Below are positions 13,966 to 25,760 of a stretch of 64,000 nt of DNA, in pieces; position 1 is the stretch's first letter; each line of letters starts with the position of its first letter. The notes beneath the pieces are model-generated. The model saw only the letters and a program-made list of their open reading frames with translations. It did not search any database and was not told the origin of the DNA. Position numbers and translations under genes: made by a program. Source of the DNA: Octopus vulgaris (taxonomy: Eukaryota); NCBI GenBank assembly GCA_951406725.2, contig OX597814.1, positions 33,542,001-33,606,000 on the forward strand. The letters are read 5' to 3'.

Positions 13966-14235
13966 AATTTAAATAATGAGGGTGATAAATTGAATATTAA
14001 TTTAATTAACATCAATTTAAAACTAGTGGCCTAGCATATAGAAAAATCTGAAAATTCAGAAAAATTGTATTACATAAAGAGTTCACGGACGATGTTACGT
14101 AAGTAAAATATCGTTAATGACGAAACCGGTCTGCGATTAATTTTGTATGTTTTATATTTTCATCTGTTTTACCCGCTTGTGTTCTGGTGTTTGCTGCATT
14201 TCTCTAGAGAACATCCTTTTCTTTGTATTACAATT
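13966..14235 (+). mobile_element. Penelope pLTR-like fragment with degenerate HHR (14083-14136), flanked by (TA)n
   Basis: CGGACGA (mutated CUGACGA) T GTTA..TGAC GAAAC CG GTC TGCGA; palindrome ACCGGT, GUC site. Confidence 0.55.
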
Positions 14236-14249
14236 ATATATATATATGC

Positions 14250-14392
14250 ACGACAGGCTTCCAAACCCTTCACAAGGCATTGATTTGTTTGTGGCTACAG
14301 TAGAAGACACTTCCTCAAGGTGCCACTCTGTAGGGCTGAACACGAAACCACGCGGTTTTGAAGCGGAATTTTTTAACCACAAACCCATGCTT
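14250..14392 (-). mobile_element. SINE family D fragment
   Basis: AGTAGAAGACACTT..CAAGGTGCCAC..AACCAC matches family D head. Confidence 0.65.
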
Positions 14393-14949
14393 GTGACTTT
14401 TAGTTGATCATTAATAATAGTAATTGAATAGTTAATATTAGGTTATTGGAAAGTCATTAAGTTCCTCTCAAGGGGCAGTTAATGATCTTGTCGAAGTTTA
14501 AAATCTTCAACTAAATATTGAAACTACGAACGATTAACGTGCGTGAGATAGTTCCCAGACGGCTTACATTCGCAAATGTTCAGAAATATTTTGTTGGGTA
14601 AAAAGCAGAGTCATAGGAATCAATGACAGCATACCATTATTTTAAGGCAACCAACATGCAGGATCGTTAGCACATCGGACAAAATACTTATTGACATTTC
14701 TTCTGATTGTTTATGCTTAGACTTCAAATTCTGTCGATGTCATCTTTGATTTTCAACTTTCGAGGTCGTTAAAATATACACTACATGAACATTAGAGTCG
14801 ATGCAATCGATTTATTCCTCCCCTACAATTCCTGGTCCTGTGCTATAGCTTGAAACCATTATTTATGTATTTTTCTAGCCACCCTAGAATGATGAAAACC
14901 AAAGTCTGCAATGGTGAGATATAAACTGAAGATATTAAGACAAGGCCGC

Positions 14950-15138
14950 AACTCGGCTGAAACCGGCTCTGGCTCCATAAGTTTTGAATTAAAATCTTCC
15001 ACCAAACCTTAGTTACTATTTATGTTCCTAACCCTAGCTGAATGATAACTAAGTTATTTTACTAAATTCTTTGTCATATTTAAAGTAATTGAAAGAAACA
15101 CAGAGCATCTCAAAATAAATACAGTAACAAAAGGTTAA
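14950..15138. mobile_element. piggyBac-like MITE right-end fragment
   Basis: Ends GTAACAAAAGG|TTAA; no matching left TIR found. Confidence 0.4.
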
Positions 15139-15377
15139 AGCTGACACTATGCCATGTCGGCCAATCCACCGTCTCCTAATATTTGTGAAGGAAATTAGCT
15201 AAGTAATACAAAAGATATTTGCTTGATAAAACGCTGCAAAACGAAAAGGAATTTTAGCGCTGATCATTTACAGCTTTTGCCACAGCTATCATATGAGTGT
15301 CTCTTCTCAGTAGAATTATGACAAATTAGCATTGTACACAGACATGTATCTCGTCGATAGAAAAACAATATTTACTA

Positions 15378-15531
15378 TACATTATTTACATTTGCCGGTT
15401 ATTTGTCCTCATCTTGTTTGTTGTTAACACAACGTTTCGGCTGATATACCCTCCAGCCTTCAACAGGTGTCTTGGGGAAATTTCGATCCTGGGTTCTCAT
15501 TCCTAAGGTATTTTTCGATATTATTCTTATT

Positions 15532-15581
<50 letters not shown>

Positions 15582-15590
15582 CATCCTCAT
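15378..15590 (-). mobile_element. HHR-bearing SINE, headless copy (same family as 20898-21184)
   Basis: Body aligns with 20898-21045; (AAT)n tract; tail GTAAATAATGTA. Confidence 0.8.
15426..15471 (-). ncRNA. Minimal type I hammerhead ribozyme (A6U substitution in this copy)
   Basis: rc: GACAC CTGTTGA A GGCTG GAGGGTATAT CAGCC GAAAC GTT GTGTT; stem I GACAC/GTGTT, perfect stem II, palindrome AACGTT. Confidence 0.7.
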
Positions 15591-15594
15591 CATC

Positions 15595-16045
15595 ATTGAG
15601 TTAGAGAGCAATGCATGCCATCAAAGTGACACTGGGGTAAAATATACGAAGCCCAGTATACCCATCATGACTACCCGTCTGATAAAGGTACACTAGGCAC
15701 ATGCATCACACCCATATGTGACATGGTGACCTCATATCAAGTTAAATAACACATGACTTTGCAGGTGGAGCCCAGTTAGAATTTTCTTCTGATCGAGTAA
15801 TCCATCCCGCTCAAAAGGTCCCTGAATAAGGGTTGTTTAAGGATGTTGGACGAAACACCCATGTTTCCAGAGGTGAATTATTCAAACCCCAAAGAATCCC
15901 TCTCAACACATGGCTATGATGCTCCCTCACTACTTCTGCTCGTGATCAGAGATGCACATATCATCAGCTACTAAGGGACATGTTCAACTGGTTAAGGTCA
16001 AACAACTGACAAACAAATCTCTGGTATTGAGCAGAATATTGCTAG
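15595..16045 (-). mobile_element. Interspersed retroelement fragment adjoining the (AAT)n tract (possibly R4/Dong-associated)
   Basis: Sits where the tRNA head of the HHR-SINE should be; Dong elements are known to target (TAA)n; family assignment is inference. Confidence 0.4.
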
Positions 16046-16149
16046 ACTTTTGGCTTAAAAAACAAAGTTTACGGAATTTTTCAAAATTTATTGGGGATTG
16101 CTAAGTCCAAAATATAAGAGCTAGCTTGGCGATAATATTGGTTTCAATT

Positions 16150-16332
16150 TTCAGGGGAGAGGTTGAGTCGATTACATGGATCCTAGAGCTCAGCTGGTAC
16201 TTATTTTATCGACCCAGAAGGATGAAAGGCAAAGGCGACCTGAGTGGCATTTGAACTCAGAACATAAAGGCTGATGAAATACCACTAAGAAATTTCCTCG
16301 GCGTGCCAACGATTCTGCCAGAACGCCACCTT
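16150..16332 (-). mobile_element. SINE family A, diverged
   Basis: CTGGTACTTATTTTATCGACCC..GATGAAAGGCAAAG..TTTGAACTCAGAAC. Confidence 0.8.
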
Positions 16333-16779
16333 ATAGCTTAATGATAATAATGATTAACATATCTACAAAGCTTATATTCTGCCCAAAGTAACTTGCGTAA
16401 AGGACGCAATCAAAATCAGAATTTATTGTCTCAATATATTCGCCGATCCAATACAAATACCATCTTGGTGCCTAGTGCAAATATCACCGAAAGCTGCAAT
16501 ATGAAAAGGGGTCGAAAGAAAAATTATATAGCAACGACTAACGTGCGGGTTGGCAAAACCTTTGTTAAAGATTCAGATAAGATAAGATCAGATCATCCAA
16601 CTGTAGTAAGAATATAGCAGTGATCTGTTAAATTACTAATCGATTATTGATTGGTTCTTTTCAGAACCCTTTCAGCAAATCAATTAAAATATGAAGCAAA
16701 AATAAGAAAAGACAAAAGACGAAACAAAAAAACTACAAAACAAAACAAATAGCAAAAACAAATCACCCATCATATTAAA

Positions 16780-17056
16780 GTCTATCGGTCTTTTGCTGAG
16801 CCGCTATATTACGGGAGCGTAAACACACCAACACCAGTTGTCAAGCGGTGCTGGAGGACAAACACAGACACAAAGACACACACACACAGAGACACAAAGA
16901 CACACACACACACATACACGCACACACACATGACAGGCTTTGGTCGACCCGAGGCTATAATAGAAGACACTTGTCCAAGATGTGACGCACTGGCATTGAA
17001 CCAGTAACCATGTGGTTGGGAAGCAAACTTCTTATCAGACAGCCACGCCCGTGCCC
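16780..17056 (-). mobile_element. SINE family D
   Basis: Aligns to 26117-26612, including internal (CA)n. Confidence 0.8.
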
Positions 17057-17238
17057 ATGTTCTAGATAATCCAATTACTTTTAATGGACTTAAAGATGGA
17101 AAACACCTGACGTTAATGGTATTTCAACAGAAGTGCTGAAATCGGGAAAAAGAGGGTGCTGGATATTCTGCACACTGATATATATATATATAATCTGTGG
17201 GAAGATGATACAGTCCTTAACTATTGGAAAATGATGTA

Positions 17239-17655
17239 TTGGGCCATCCCGTAAATAATGTGATTTTTTTAGTTTTCAAAATTAGGATAAGCAAAGTTCT
17301 TTTTTAATCTAAAATATACTCGCTTTCATTTTCTACAATGCTCTTCCAACTACTTGGTAGACTTGCAAGGCCCCTATTCCAAAATCCATTTGTACATGAC
17401 GAAAACTATTCCTCCAGTACTGTTCTGACTTCGTCTACAGAATTCATATTTCTTTTGTCCAAATTATTTTGAAGACTGCAGAATAAATGATAATCAGATT
17501 GAGCAATGTCCGGCGAATATAGCGAGTTGGGCATCATTTTTCCATTAAAACTGCCCCAGCCTTTGAAATGTCATCCTCCCTGTATGTGGCCGAGTATTAT
17601 CCTGATAAAAGAACACCTTTCATCTTGAAACAAAAAATGGTCGTTTTTCTTCTCG
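17239..17655 (-). mobile_element. Mariner transposon 3' fragment (TIR + transposase C-terminus)
   Basis: TA|TTGGGCCATCCCGTAAAT TIR; peptides QDNTRPHT, YSPDIAQSDYHLF, WKSIVENESEYILD*; stops and frameshift. Confidence 0.88.
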
Positions 17656-17659
17656 GAAT

Positions 17660-18120
17660 TGCGAGATACTAGAGGAATGCATACGGGAGTCAATTCTTCC
17701 AGGAACCGAACTACAGAGTTGGGTTTTGATAGATATTTCATATTGGATGCTTAAAACTACAAAGTATGTGTTATTTACTCGCTTTTTGATCATTTTTCGT
17801 TTATTTGCAGGACATGAGGAACAACGTTCGGCCCTTTATTTTGACGGTCATCATTTTCGTAGGGTACTGGTCCGTTCATTTCTGTTGTTAAATTGTTTTG
17901 CACGTGTAGTTTTTCGTACTTTTTGTGTAACAAGTTTAAAGTACGTACTTCCCGATTATTATTCTTGGATTGAATAGTACCGGTTTTATTTAATTTATTT
18001 GTAATTATTTTGTACATGGTGTTTCGGGTCAGAGATGGTCTGGTGTTGATGGATCGTAATGTATCAAGCGTGTTTACGTTTGCTGTGCGAGCAGTGGAGA
18101 TGATATCCAGTTAAATTACA
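17660..18120 (-). mobile_element. Possible highly decayed Penelope-like coding fragment
   Basis: Frameshifted ..MYKIITNKL.. and RCSSCP resemble the PLE RT-to-GIY-YIG linker; weak. Confidence 0.3.
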
Positions 18121-18242
18121 TCATTTCATTTGGTAAATGAGAGACATCTTACGTTAGGATTTTGTTTTTCTTTTTTTTTTTTGCCTTTAACTTTGCATCA
18201 TCAGATCTGTTTAGGTGTTGAATATCATACTTCCAAGCATCT

Positions 18243-18620
18243 TACTTTCAACTTCAATTTAGTTCATACAAGATTATGATCTGTGTTGAAAACTGCACCT
18301 CATAAAAGCCTGGCATCTCTTCGCGTTAGAACATACTTTTGGAGCCTGGTTACGTTGCATCTAAGTTACCTCCCTATCTTTCCACGTTCATTGAACGTCA
18401 CAAAGTCACGCATGTACAAATTTGTGAAAATGATTGGTGTTTGATTAAGATTGTTTCATCTCATGATGTTGTAAACATTTCCATATTTCAAAATTTTCAA
18501 CAAATCATATATTCAAGTTACCAAGAATGATTAGTTTATCTCCAACTGGAATCTTCAGAACATCTTTTAAGTGGTCATAAATCATATTTTGTCTTAATCT
18601 AAACTATAAATTCTTGGTAT
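18243..18620 (-). mobile_element. RTE-type LINE AP-endonuclease fragment
   Basis: IYDHLKDVLKIPVGDKLIILGNLN (GDFN motif) and GAVFNTDHNLV*TKLKL (TDH motif). Confidence 0.7.
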
Positions 18621-18743
18621 CTTGGTACTGAAGAATGTCACTGAGCAATTACAGGCTAGTTTAATGAACATATATCATTTAAAAACTGGAAGAATCACAA
18701 TGTAAGGGAAGTACTCAATAGAATACTGCAGAGAGTAGATATA

Positions 18744-20048
18744 TTAGGTCATCCCATAAGTTCTGTCCGAATTTTGAATAAAGAAAATAAGTGATCAAAT
18801 GTTATATTTAATTGAAATTTAATCATCAATGTACTTTTCCCGATTACCTATGACTTCCTTCCGTCTATTTACAAGCCTTTTACTCCCATCAATGTAAAAC
18901 TCTTTTGGTTTCAAAGTGAAGAACTTTGAAATGTCAGTCTCCACCTCCTCCTGGCTTGCGAAAGTTATGTCCCTCAAATGATTCTGTAAACTACAAAACA
19001 AATGGTAGTCTGAAGGAGCAAGGTCGGGAAAATAAGGTGGATGAGGAATTTTTTTCCCAACAACACTCTTCGATCTTCTGTGATGTGATCTCTGTAGTGT
19101 AGGGTCGCGCATTGTCCTGACGAAACATCTCTCCTTTTCGATTCACTAAAGCGAATCTTTTTTTTCTTCAAAGCTTGGTTCAAACGTTCTAATTGCTGAC
19201 AGTAGACTTGAGCATTGATTGTTGTATTAGGTAGTAACAATTCAAAATGAATTACTCCTTTGCAATCCCACTAATTAGAGAGAAGAACCTTTTTCCTATG
19301 AAGTTCCCTTCTCAGTTGTGATTGAGTTTTTTCCCTTCTCCCAAGCCACTGTTTACGACGTTTAACATTTCAATAGAAGATCCCTTTTTCGTCACTAGTA
19401 ACAAGTCTATCCAAAAAGGGTGAAATGAGTTCGCGAGAAAGGAGAGAAGAGCAGATGTCAACTCGGGATTTGCGGTTGCTTTCGGACAATCCATGAGGCA
19501 CCCATTTTCCAAGTTTAGGAACTTTTCCAAGTTGTTGAAGATGACGATGAAGAGTTGTATGGTTTGAACTAAGCTTTATTGCCAATTCTTCAACTGATAA
19601 TGCAGGATTTTCTTCAAGTAATGCCTCAAGGAGCTTATCATCAAACTCAACTGGACGTCCTGCTCGATCTTCATCTTCAAGGCTGAAATCTCCACTTCTG
19701 AATTTTGCAAACCATTTCCTTCAAGTCCTTTCCTTCAAGATCTTTCATTCAAGCATTCTTTCCCATAAACTGAGTGTGTGTTTCGAGTCGCTTCGGCTGC
19801 AGAGTTTCCTTTTTTGTACTCATAAAGCATTATATGCCTTATATGCTCTTTAGATACTTCCATGTTAGAAATGGTTTTAATCAAAGAAATTTTAATTCTA
19901 TTATTCTGTAAAATAATATTTAATTAGTTCAAATGTACACAAATACATCAAAATAATTTTTAATTCCATTAGACATTCTAAAATACTATTAAATTTCACT
20001 CATTTTAAAGAAAAGGTAAAATCAGACAGAACTTATGGGTTGACGTTA
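18744..20048 (-). mobile_element. Full-length (1.3 kb) mariner transposon, defective
   Basis: TIRs TTAGGTCATCCCATAAGTTCTGTCCGA / TCAGACAGAACTTATGGGTTGACGTTA; TA TSDs. Confidence 0.95.
18819..19863 (-). pseudogene. Mariner DD34D transposase pseudogene
   Basis: MEVSKEHIRHIMLYEYKKG start; WVPHGL; VTSDEK; PHPPYFPDLAPSDYHLF; YIDD*; several frameshifts. Confidence 0.95.
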
Positions 20049-20182
20049 TATATTTGTTCAGATGATGATACAAGATTAGACATGTTACATATGAATTTCG
20101 AAATTATTCTTATGAAATTCGAAATTACTAAGAAATATAACAGGTTTTATAAGTACCATCACCTGAATAAACGCGCACACAC

Positions 20183-20317
<135 letters not shown>

Positions 20318-20332
20318 ACAGATGAATTTTGG

Positions 20333-20417
20333 TTCATTACAGCTGTTTCAGGCGTGTTTTTATTGACGAATAGAATGATTACACCAAGCTAAAAAAAAAC
20401 GGTTTTCATCACGTGAA
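20333..20417 (-). ncRNA. Degenerate type I hammerhead motif in pLTR-like fragment next to (TA)n
   Basis: rc: TTCAC GTGATGA..CCT GAAAC AGCT GTA ATGAA; palindrome ACAGCTGT; C3 mutated, stem II decayed. Confidence 0.5.
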
Positions 20418-20517
20418 TATATGTAAGAATTAAATATTTTGAAACATCTTAAATTCCAAAGTTAAATGCCATTTCGTGACACACTGACCGAAATTATATA
20501 TTCTTTTTTGTATTATT

Positions 20518-20836
20518 ATTTTGTTTCAGTCATTTGACTCTTGCCATGCTGGAGCACCGCCTTTAGTCAAAGAATTCGACTCCAGGACTTATTCTTTGTA
20601 AGTCAAGTATTTATTCTATCGGTCCCTTACGCCTAACCGCTATGTTACGGGGACGTGAACACACTAACATCGGTTATCAAGCGATAGGGGATCACTTACG
20701 TCTACCAAATCCACTCACAAGGCTTTGGTCGACTCGGGGCTATAGCAGAAGGCACTTGGGCAAGGTACCATGCAGTGGGACTGAATCTGGAACCATGTGG
20801 TTAGTAAGCAAGATTCTTACCACGCAGCCACTCCTA
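20518..20836 (-). mobile_element. SINE family D
   Basis: Aligns with 52232-52692 with an internal deletion. Confidence 0.85.
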
Positions 20837-20897
20837 AACTTATGTACTTAATATTTCATTACTTGGAACTTCATAAGCATATGAAACACTTGTCAAA

Positions 20898-21057
20898 TAC
20901 ATTATTTACATTATTTACAATTGACGGATATTTGTCCTCATCTTGTTTGCTGTTAACACGTTTCCGCTGATATACTCTCCAGCCTTCATAAGGTGTCTTG
21001 GGAAAATTTTGAACATGGGTTCTCATTCCTAAGGTATATTTCGTGTTGTTGTTGTTG

Positions 21058-21112
<55 letters not shown>

Positions 21113-21184
21113 CGAATCGAACTCGGAAACTTGGGGTTAGTAGCCCGCGCTCTTAACCACTATGCCATATGCTCGTGGGCATAT
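20898..21184 (-). mobile_element. tRNA-headed SINE carrying a hammerhead motif
   Basis: A box TGGCATAGTGG (21157-21167), B box GAGTTCGATTC (21114-21124), (AAT)n, HHR remnant 20955-20997, tail (GTAAATAAT)2; 5' palindrome ATATGCCC-AC-GAGCATAT. Confidence 0.8.
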
Positions 21185-21253
21185 AGAAGTGTATTACTTG
21201 TCAAATAGTTCATATATTCAGTATAAGATCATTAAACATGTGTGTATGTGTGC

Positions 21254-21292
<39 letters not shown>

Positions 21293-21539
21293 GCGTGTGC
21301 GTGTGTGTGTGTGCACGCGCGCGTATGATTATCACTACTACGTAGATTAGCAACAAACTAATATACATAGTGTCACCTAGGAGGAGTAGTAAGTGGCTGC
21401 TGGTAAATTGCTAAATAATCATCAACCGATCGCTTCGATCCTCATTCCAAACTCCCAAAAGATATCTAAATGAGGTCTTGTTTCACAGCCAGACTAAATA
21501 CACACAGATAAGAGTATCTGTATATGTATGTATGTGTGA

Positions 21540-21886
21540 GTGTGGAGGCGCATGGCTCAGTGGTTAGAGCGTCGAGCTTACGATCGTGAGGTTGTGAGCT
21601 CGAATCCCGGACCGGGCTGCGTGTTGTGTTCTTGAGCAAGACACTTTATTTCACGTTGCTCCAGTTCACTCAGCTGTAGAAATGAGTTGCGACGTCACAG
21701 GTGCCAAGCTGTATCGGCCCTTGCCTTTCCCTTGGATAATACTGGTGGCGTGGAGAGGGGAAGCTGGTATGCATGGGTGACTACTGGTCTTCCATAAAAC
21801 AATCTTGCCCAGACTTGTGCCTCAGAGGGTAACTCTCTAGGTGCAAACCCATGGTCACTCATGACCGAAGGGGGTCTTTACCCTTT
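21540..21886 (+). mobile_element. CORE-like SINE (family B variant)
   Basis: A/B boxes, CORE-like segment; matches 36837-37170; TSD TATGTATGTGTGAGT. Confidence 0.88.
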
Positions 21887-22671
21887 TATGTATGTGTGAG
21901 TGTATATAAGTATATGTGTCTGTGTCTGTGTCTGTGTGTGCGCATGCTTGTATATCAGTGTGCGCATATATGATTCTCAAATTCCCTTGTGTTTCTATAT
22001 TTGACTATATTTGAAGTTTATTTCATTGTTTCTGTGAGAAATCAGCTTAAAAGGGATCTATGTCATCTCTGTTTCTAGCCACAATTGACGGCAAAGTAGG
22101 AAATCACACTACAACGTGGTAAAGCACTCGACAATTACACTTTATTCCACGCTGGTTGTTTTGTATTTTTGTTGTTGTTTTTGATGTTATTATTGATGTC
22201 ATTGCCGTCAGTGTTGTTATTCATGATGTTTAACACCAGATCAGCCCTAGTTATTTAGTTCACTGAGCAATGGCAATTATATCAATTACATCAACCATGA
22301 CTGTCTCCTTGGGGACGAGTGCAGTGCATCTTACGCTATATAATCCAAGGTGGTCTTTCTTTTGTTTTTAAATTGCAGTATGTAATTCAAGAGATTTCCG
22401 CCATTTTTTCTAATAAATCAAGAGACAACGTTCACACCTCTTCCATTTGTGTGGTATGGCGAAATAAGCTGAGTAATTAGGATTTAGCACAATAGGAAAA
22501 CCCAGTTTACGTCTGTTTAAATGTCAACACTAAGACACATACATGGTGTATTTTCAAAATTCAACGTCTCCCCGCGGACCTAAAAACCACAATGCGGTGA
22601 TGGCGGAATTTCTTTTACCTCTTAGACGGAGCAGGAAGAAAAGTAAGAACAGTATCCACGTCCATTTTAAT

Positions 22672-22992
22672 GCGGCGAGCTGGTAGAAACGTTAGCACGC
22701 TGGGCGAAATGGTTAGCGGTATTTCGTCTGTCTTTACGTTCTGAGTTCAAATTCTGCCGAGGCCGACTTTGCCTTTCATCCTTTCGAGGTCGATTAAATA
22801 AGTACCTATTACGCACTGGGACCGATATAATCGACTCAATCCGATTGTCTGTCCTTGTTTGTCCTCTCTGTGTTTAGCCCCTTATGAGTAGTAAAGACAT
22901 AGGTATTTCGTCTGTCTTTATGTTCTGAGTTCAAATTTCGCCGAGGTCGAATTTGCCTTTCATTCTTTCAGTGTCGATGAATTAAGTACCGT
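22672..22992 (+). mobile_element. SINE family A with partial internal duplication
   Basis: GCGGCGAGCTGGTAGAAACGTTAGCACG head. Confidence 0.88.
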
Positions 22993-24136
22993 GTGTATGC
23001 GGACATACGACGGTGTTTAGCCAGTTGATGTTAAAGAAAGGACTATGTGATGGAGTTAAACCGAGCAACAGATTAAGCTTATCACCTAAGACCTCAAAAA
23101 AAAAACAAGGGCAAATACTGCAAGACACATACATGTGTCATTCGCTTTTATGATACTCTGCTTGTTTTGCTCTTGAGTAGATAAGATGCGAACCGTAAGC
23201 AATTTTACACAACAGTTCGACTCTGCTTTCGATGATTTTAAACAATGCTTTGCTTCTATGATTTTCGACACAATTCAGTGGCACCATTGCTTTGTGTTTT
23301 GGCCTTTGTGACGTCAAAACGTTCGCCATGGTGAGAATATGTCCAAAGGCAAAAGCTTTTTAATTAGAATTTCCGATGCCCTCAAAGAAAGTACTTCATC
23401 GTTTTTATTTCCCTTTGCTTTCATTCAACATATGACAGTTTTGATTGTCTACAATTCAATAAAACATCACGAAACTTTCAAATTCAGAAGTCTAAATATT
23501 TTTAACCAATAAATAAATAAATACTAGCTTCAGTCGCCCACTCTATTAGTTTCTTTCATTATTAGCTTGCAGCCACTGACTTTAACTTCGAGACGTTTCC
23601 ACTCTTAGCTCTTCAATCGATCTGTACTTCTTAGAACTCTTTCCGATAAACTGTAACCTTAAGAAATTTGCTGCTGTGTACCTATCAATACATAAGACCA
23701 CCTCATCTTAGTCACTATAGAAACAACCTATTATATAAACATTATCATACAATAAGCTTTCGTCGCTTCAATTTAACAATCGCTGTCTGGGCTAACACTA
23801 AAGCAAGGAAAGGTCAAGAGAAATGTTTTTACTTGAAATTAACCTTTCACTAACACGAGCAATGCTTCCACTCAAGAAAGATGTTCTTGAAGGTATCACT
23901 CATATATACATATTTACACGCATATATTGAATGCATATACAGTAACACATACACACACACACACACACACATACATATGTGTGTGTGTTTTTTTAAGGTC
24001 TTCGGTGATAAGCTTAACCTGTTGCTCGGTTTAACTCCATCACATAGTCCTTTCTTTAACATCAACTGGCTAAACACCGTCGTATGTCCGCATACACACG
24101 GTACTTAATTCATCGACACTGAAAGAATGAAAGGCA
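22954..24136. repeat. ~150-bp inverted repeat (22954-23100 / 23988-24136), ~890-bp spacer
   Basis: Arms are reverse complements with about 3 mismatches. Confidence 0.9.
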
Positions 24137-24174
24137 TACACACATACATACACACACACACACACATACATGTG

Positions 24175-24240
<66 letters not shown>

Positions 24241-24452
24241 TGTAAGTACAGGCAACCATACTTGGGCAGAAAACTATTTTAAATTAATTGGCATCTTATT
24301 CCGAATGATGGAATATCATTTGTATGCTAGTAAGAAATTAAACATTTTAGCCTAATGAAAATAGTACAATCTATACTGGGAGATATTTAAACAAATTTGT
24401 AATTAAATCATCTAGCGTTTCCAAAGAGGTGAAAACAATTATACATATATAT

Positions 24453-25462
24453 ATATGTTAATAAAATATATGCATATATATAAACATATATGTACGTACC
24501 TACCTCTACATGTACATATACACGCATATATGTGTACAGGACACCAAAAAGACGTCGAACACATAGAGAGACGAAAAACATAGACACAAACCAAGGAACA
24601 AGACAGGCAAAAGAAGAGAGATACAGGACAATAAGCACAACGAAAAATCCCCTTCTTCAGTCGCTAAAGTTTCATCTACTAAACGTTTCGAAGGATAAAA
24701 GCGAGACGTATACTTCGAATGAAAAATTCCTTCCTGCGAAAAGCAAATCAATTAAAATTCTGAGATCTTTTCGCAGAGGGGTAAAAAAAGCAAGACGGTA
24801 ACGACAGTACAAACATATAAACAGTAAAAAATATATATAAAAACAGTGGAAAAATAAATATATAACAGTGAGAGACAGGACAAGGAGAACAAGATAAGAA
24901 GGGCTGTTAACGCCAGACGAAAAAAGTATTGCAAACGCTGGATTATAGTGGACGACGAGAGAGGAAGATGTCGACCAGTGGCCTTAGAAGGCGGGCGAGA
25001 AAGGACAGGATAGCAGTTACGACGGAAGTAACGTCGCAGATGGACGACGGGAATGGGGGAGGAGGAGCAAGAGGAAGAGAGAGAAGAAGGGGAATGGTGC
25101 GAGGAGACCATGAAGAACAGTGAGGGGGAGAGAGAGAGGAATAGACAAGTTAAGTGAGGGAAAAAAGACGAAAAAGGGAATGGGAGAGAAAGAAAGAAAG
25201 ATGCAGAGTCGCGTGAGAGTTAATATCAAGGCGAACTTGATAAACAGAACAATCTTACTTAATAGGGTGCGTGCGTTTAGTCGTATAATATGTTAATAAA
25301 ATATATGCATATATATAAACATATATGTACGTACCTACCTCTACATGTACATATACACGCATATATGTGTACAGGACACCAAAAAGACGTCGAACACATA
25401 GAGAGACGAAAAACATAGACACAAACCAAGGAACAAGACAGGCAAAAGAAGAGAGATACAGG

Positions 25463-25468
<6 letters not shown>
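24453..25468 (-). mobile_element. Terminally redundant non-coding element (835-bp unit + 181-bp direct repeat); Penelope/retrozyme-like
   Basis: 24453-24633 identical to 25288-25468; flanked by (TA)n; candidate HHR at 24647-24696. Confidence 0.7.
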
Positions 25469-25517
<49 letters not shown>

Positions 25518-25760
25518 AGAGAGAGAGAGGCGAGAAATTATAGGATTTAATAGAATCTAAGTACATTAAAACATAGGACGCCAGAAATGGCTAGGTATAA
25601 TAACATGGGCTTCACAGTGAGGCAAAGCAAGCACGAAGGTATCAGGTGTTGGTAGGATACTGTAGATATGTAAGAGCCAAATCCAATGTAAATCGTAGAT
25701 CCGACTCAAGGCTGATTCTATTTACGGCGTAGATACAAAGGATACAAATAGAATTTAAAA

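Noticed and set aside
21100-21175. Functional tRNA gene (also other A/B-box heads)
   Set aside because: No complete acceptor stem or terminator; the head continues into a SINE body
24490-24801. 103-aa basic ORF
   Set aside because: Lies in the terminal repeat of a non-coding element; low complexity, no recognisable domain
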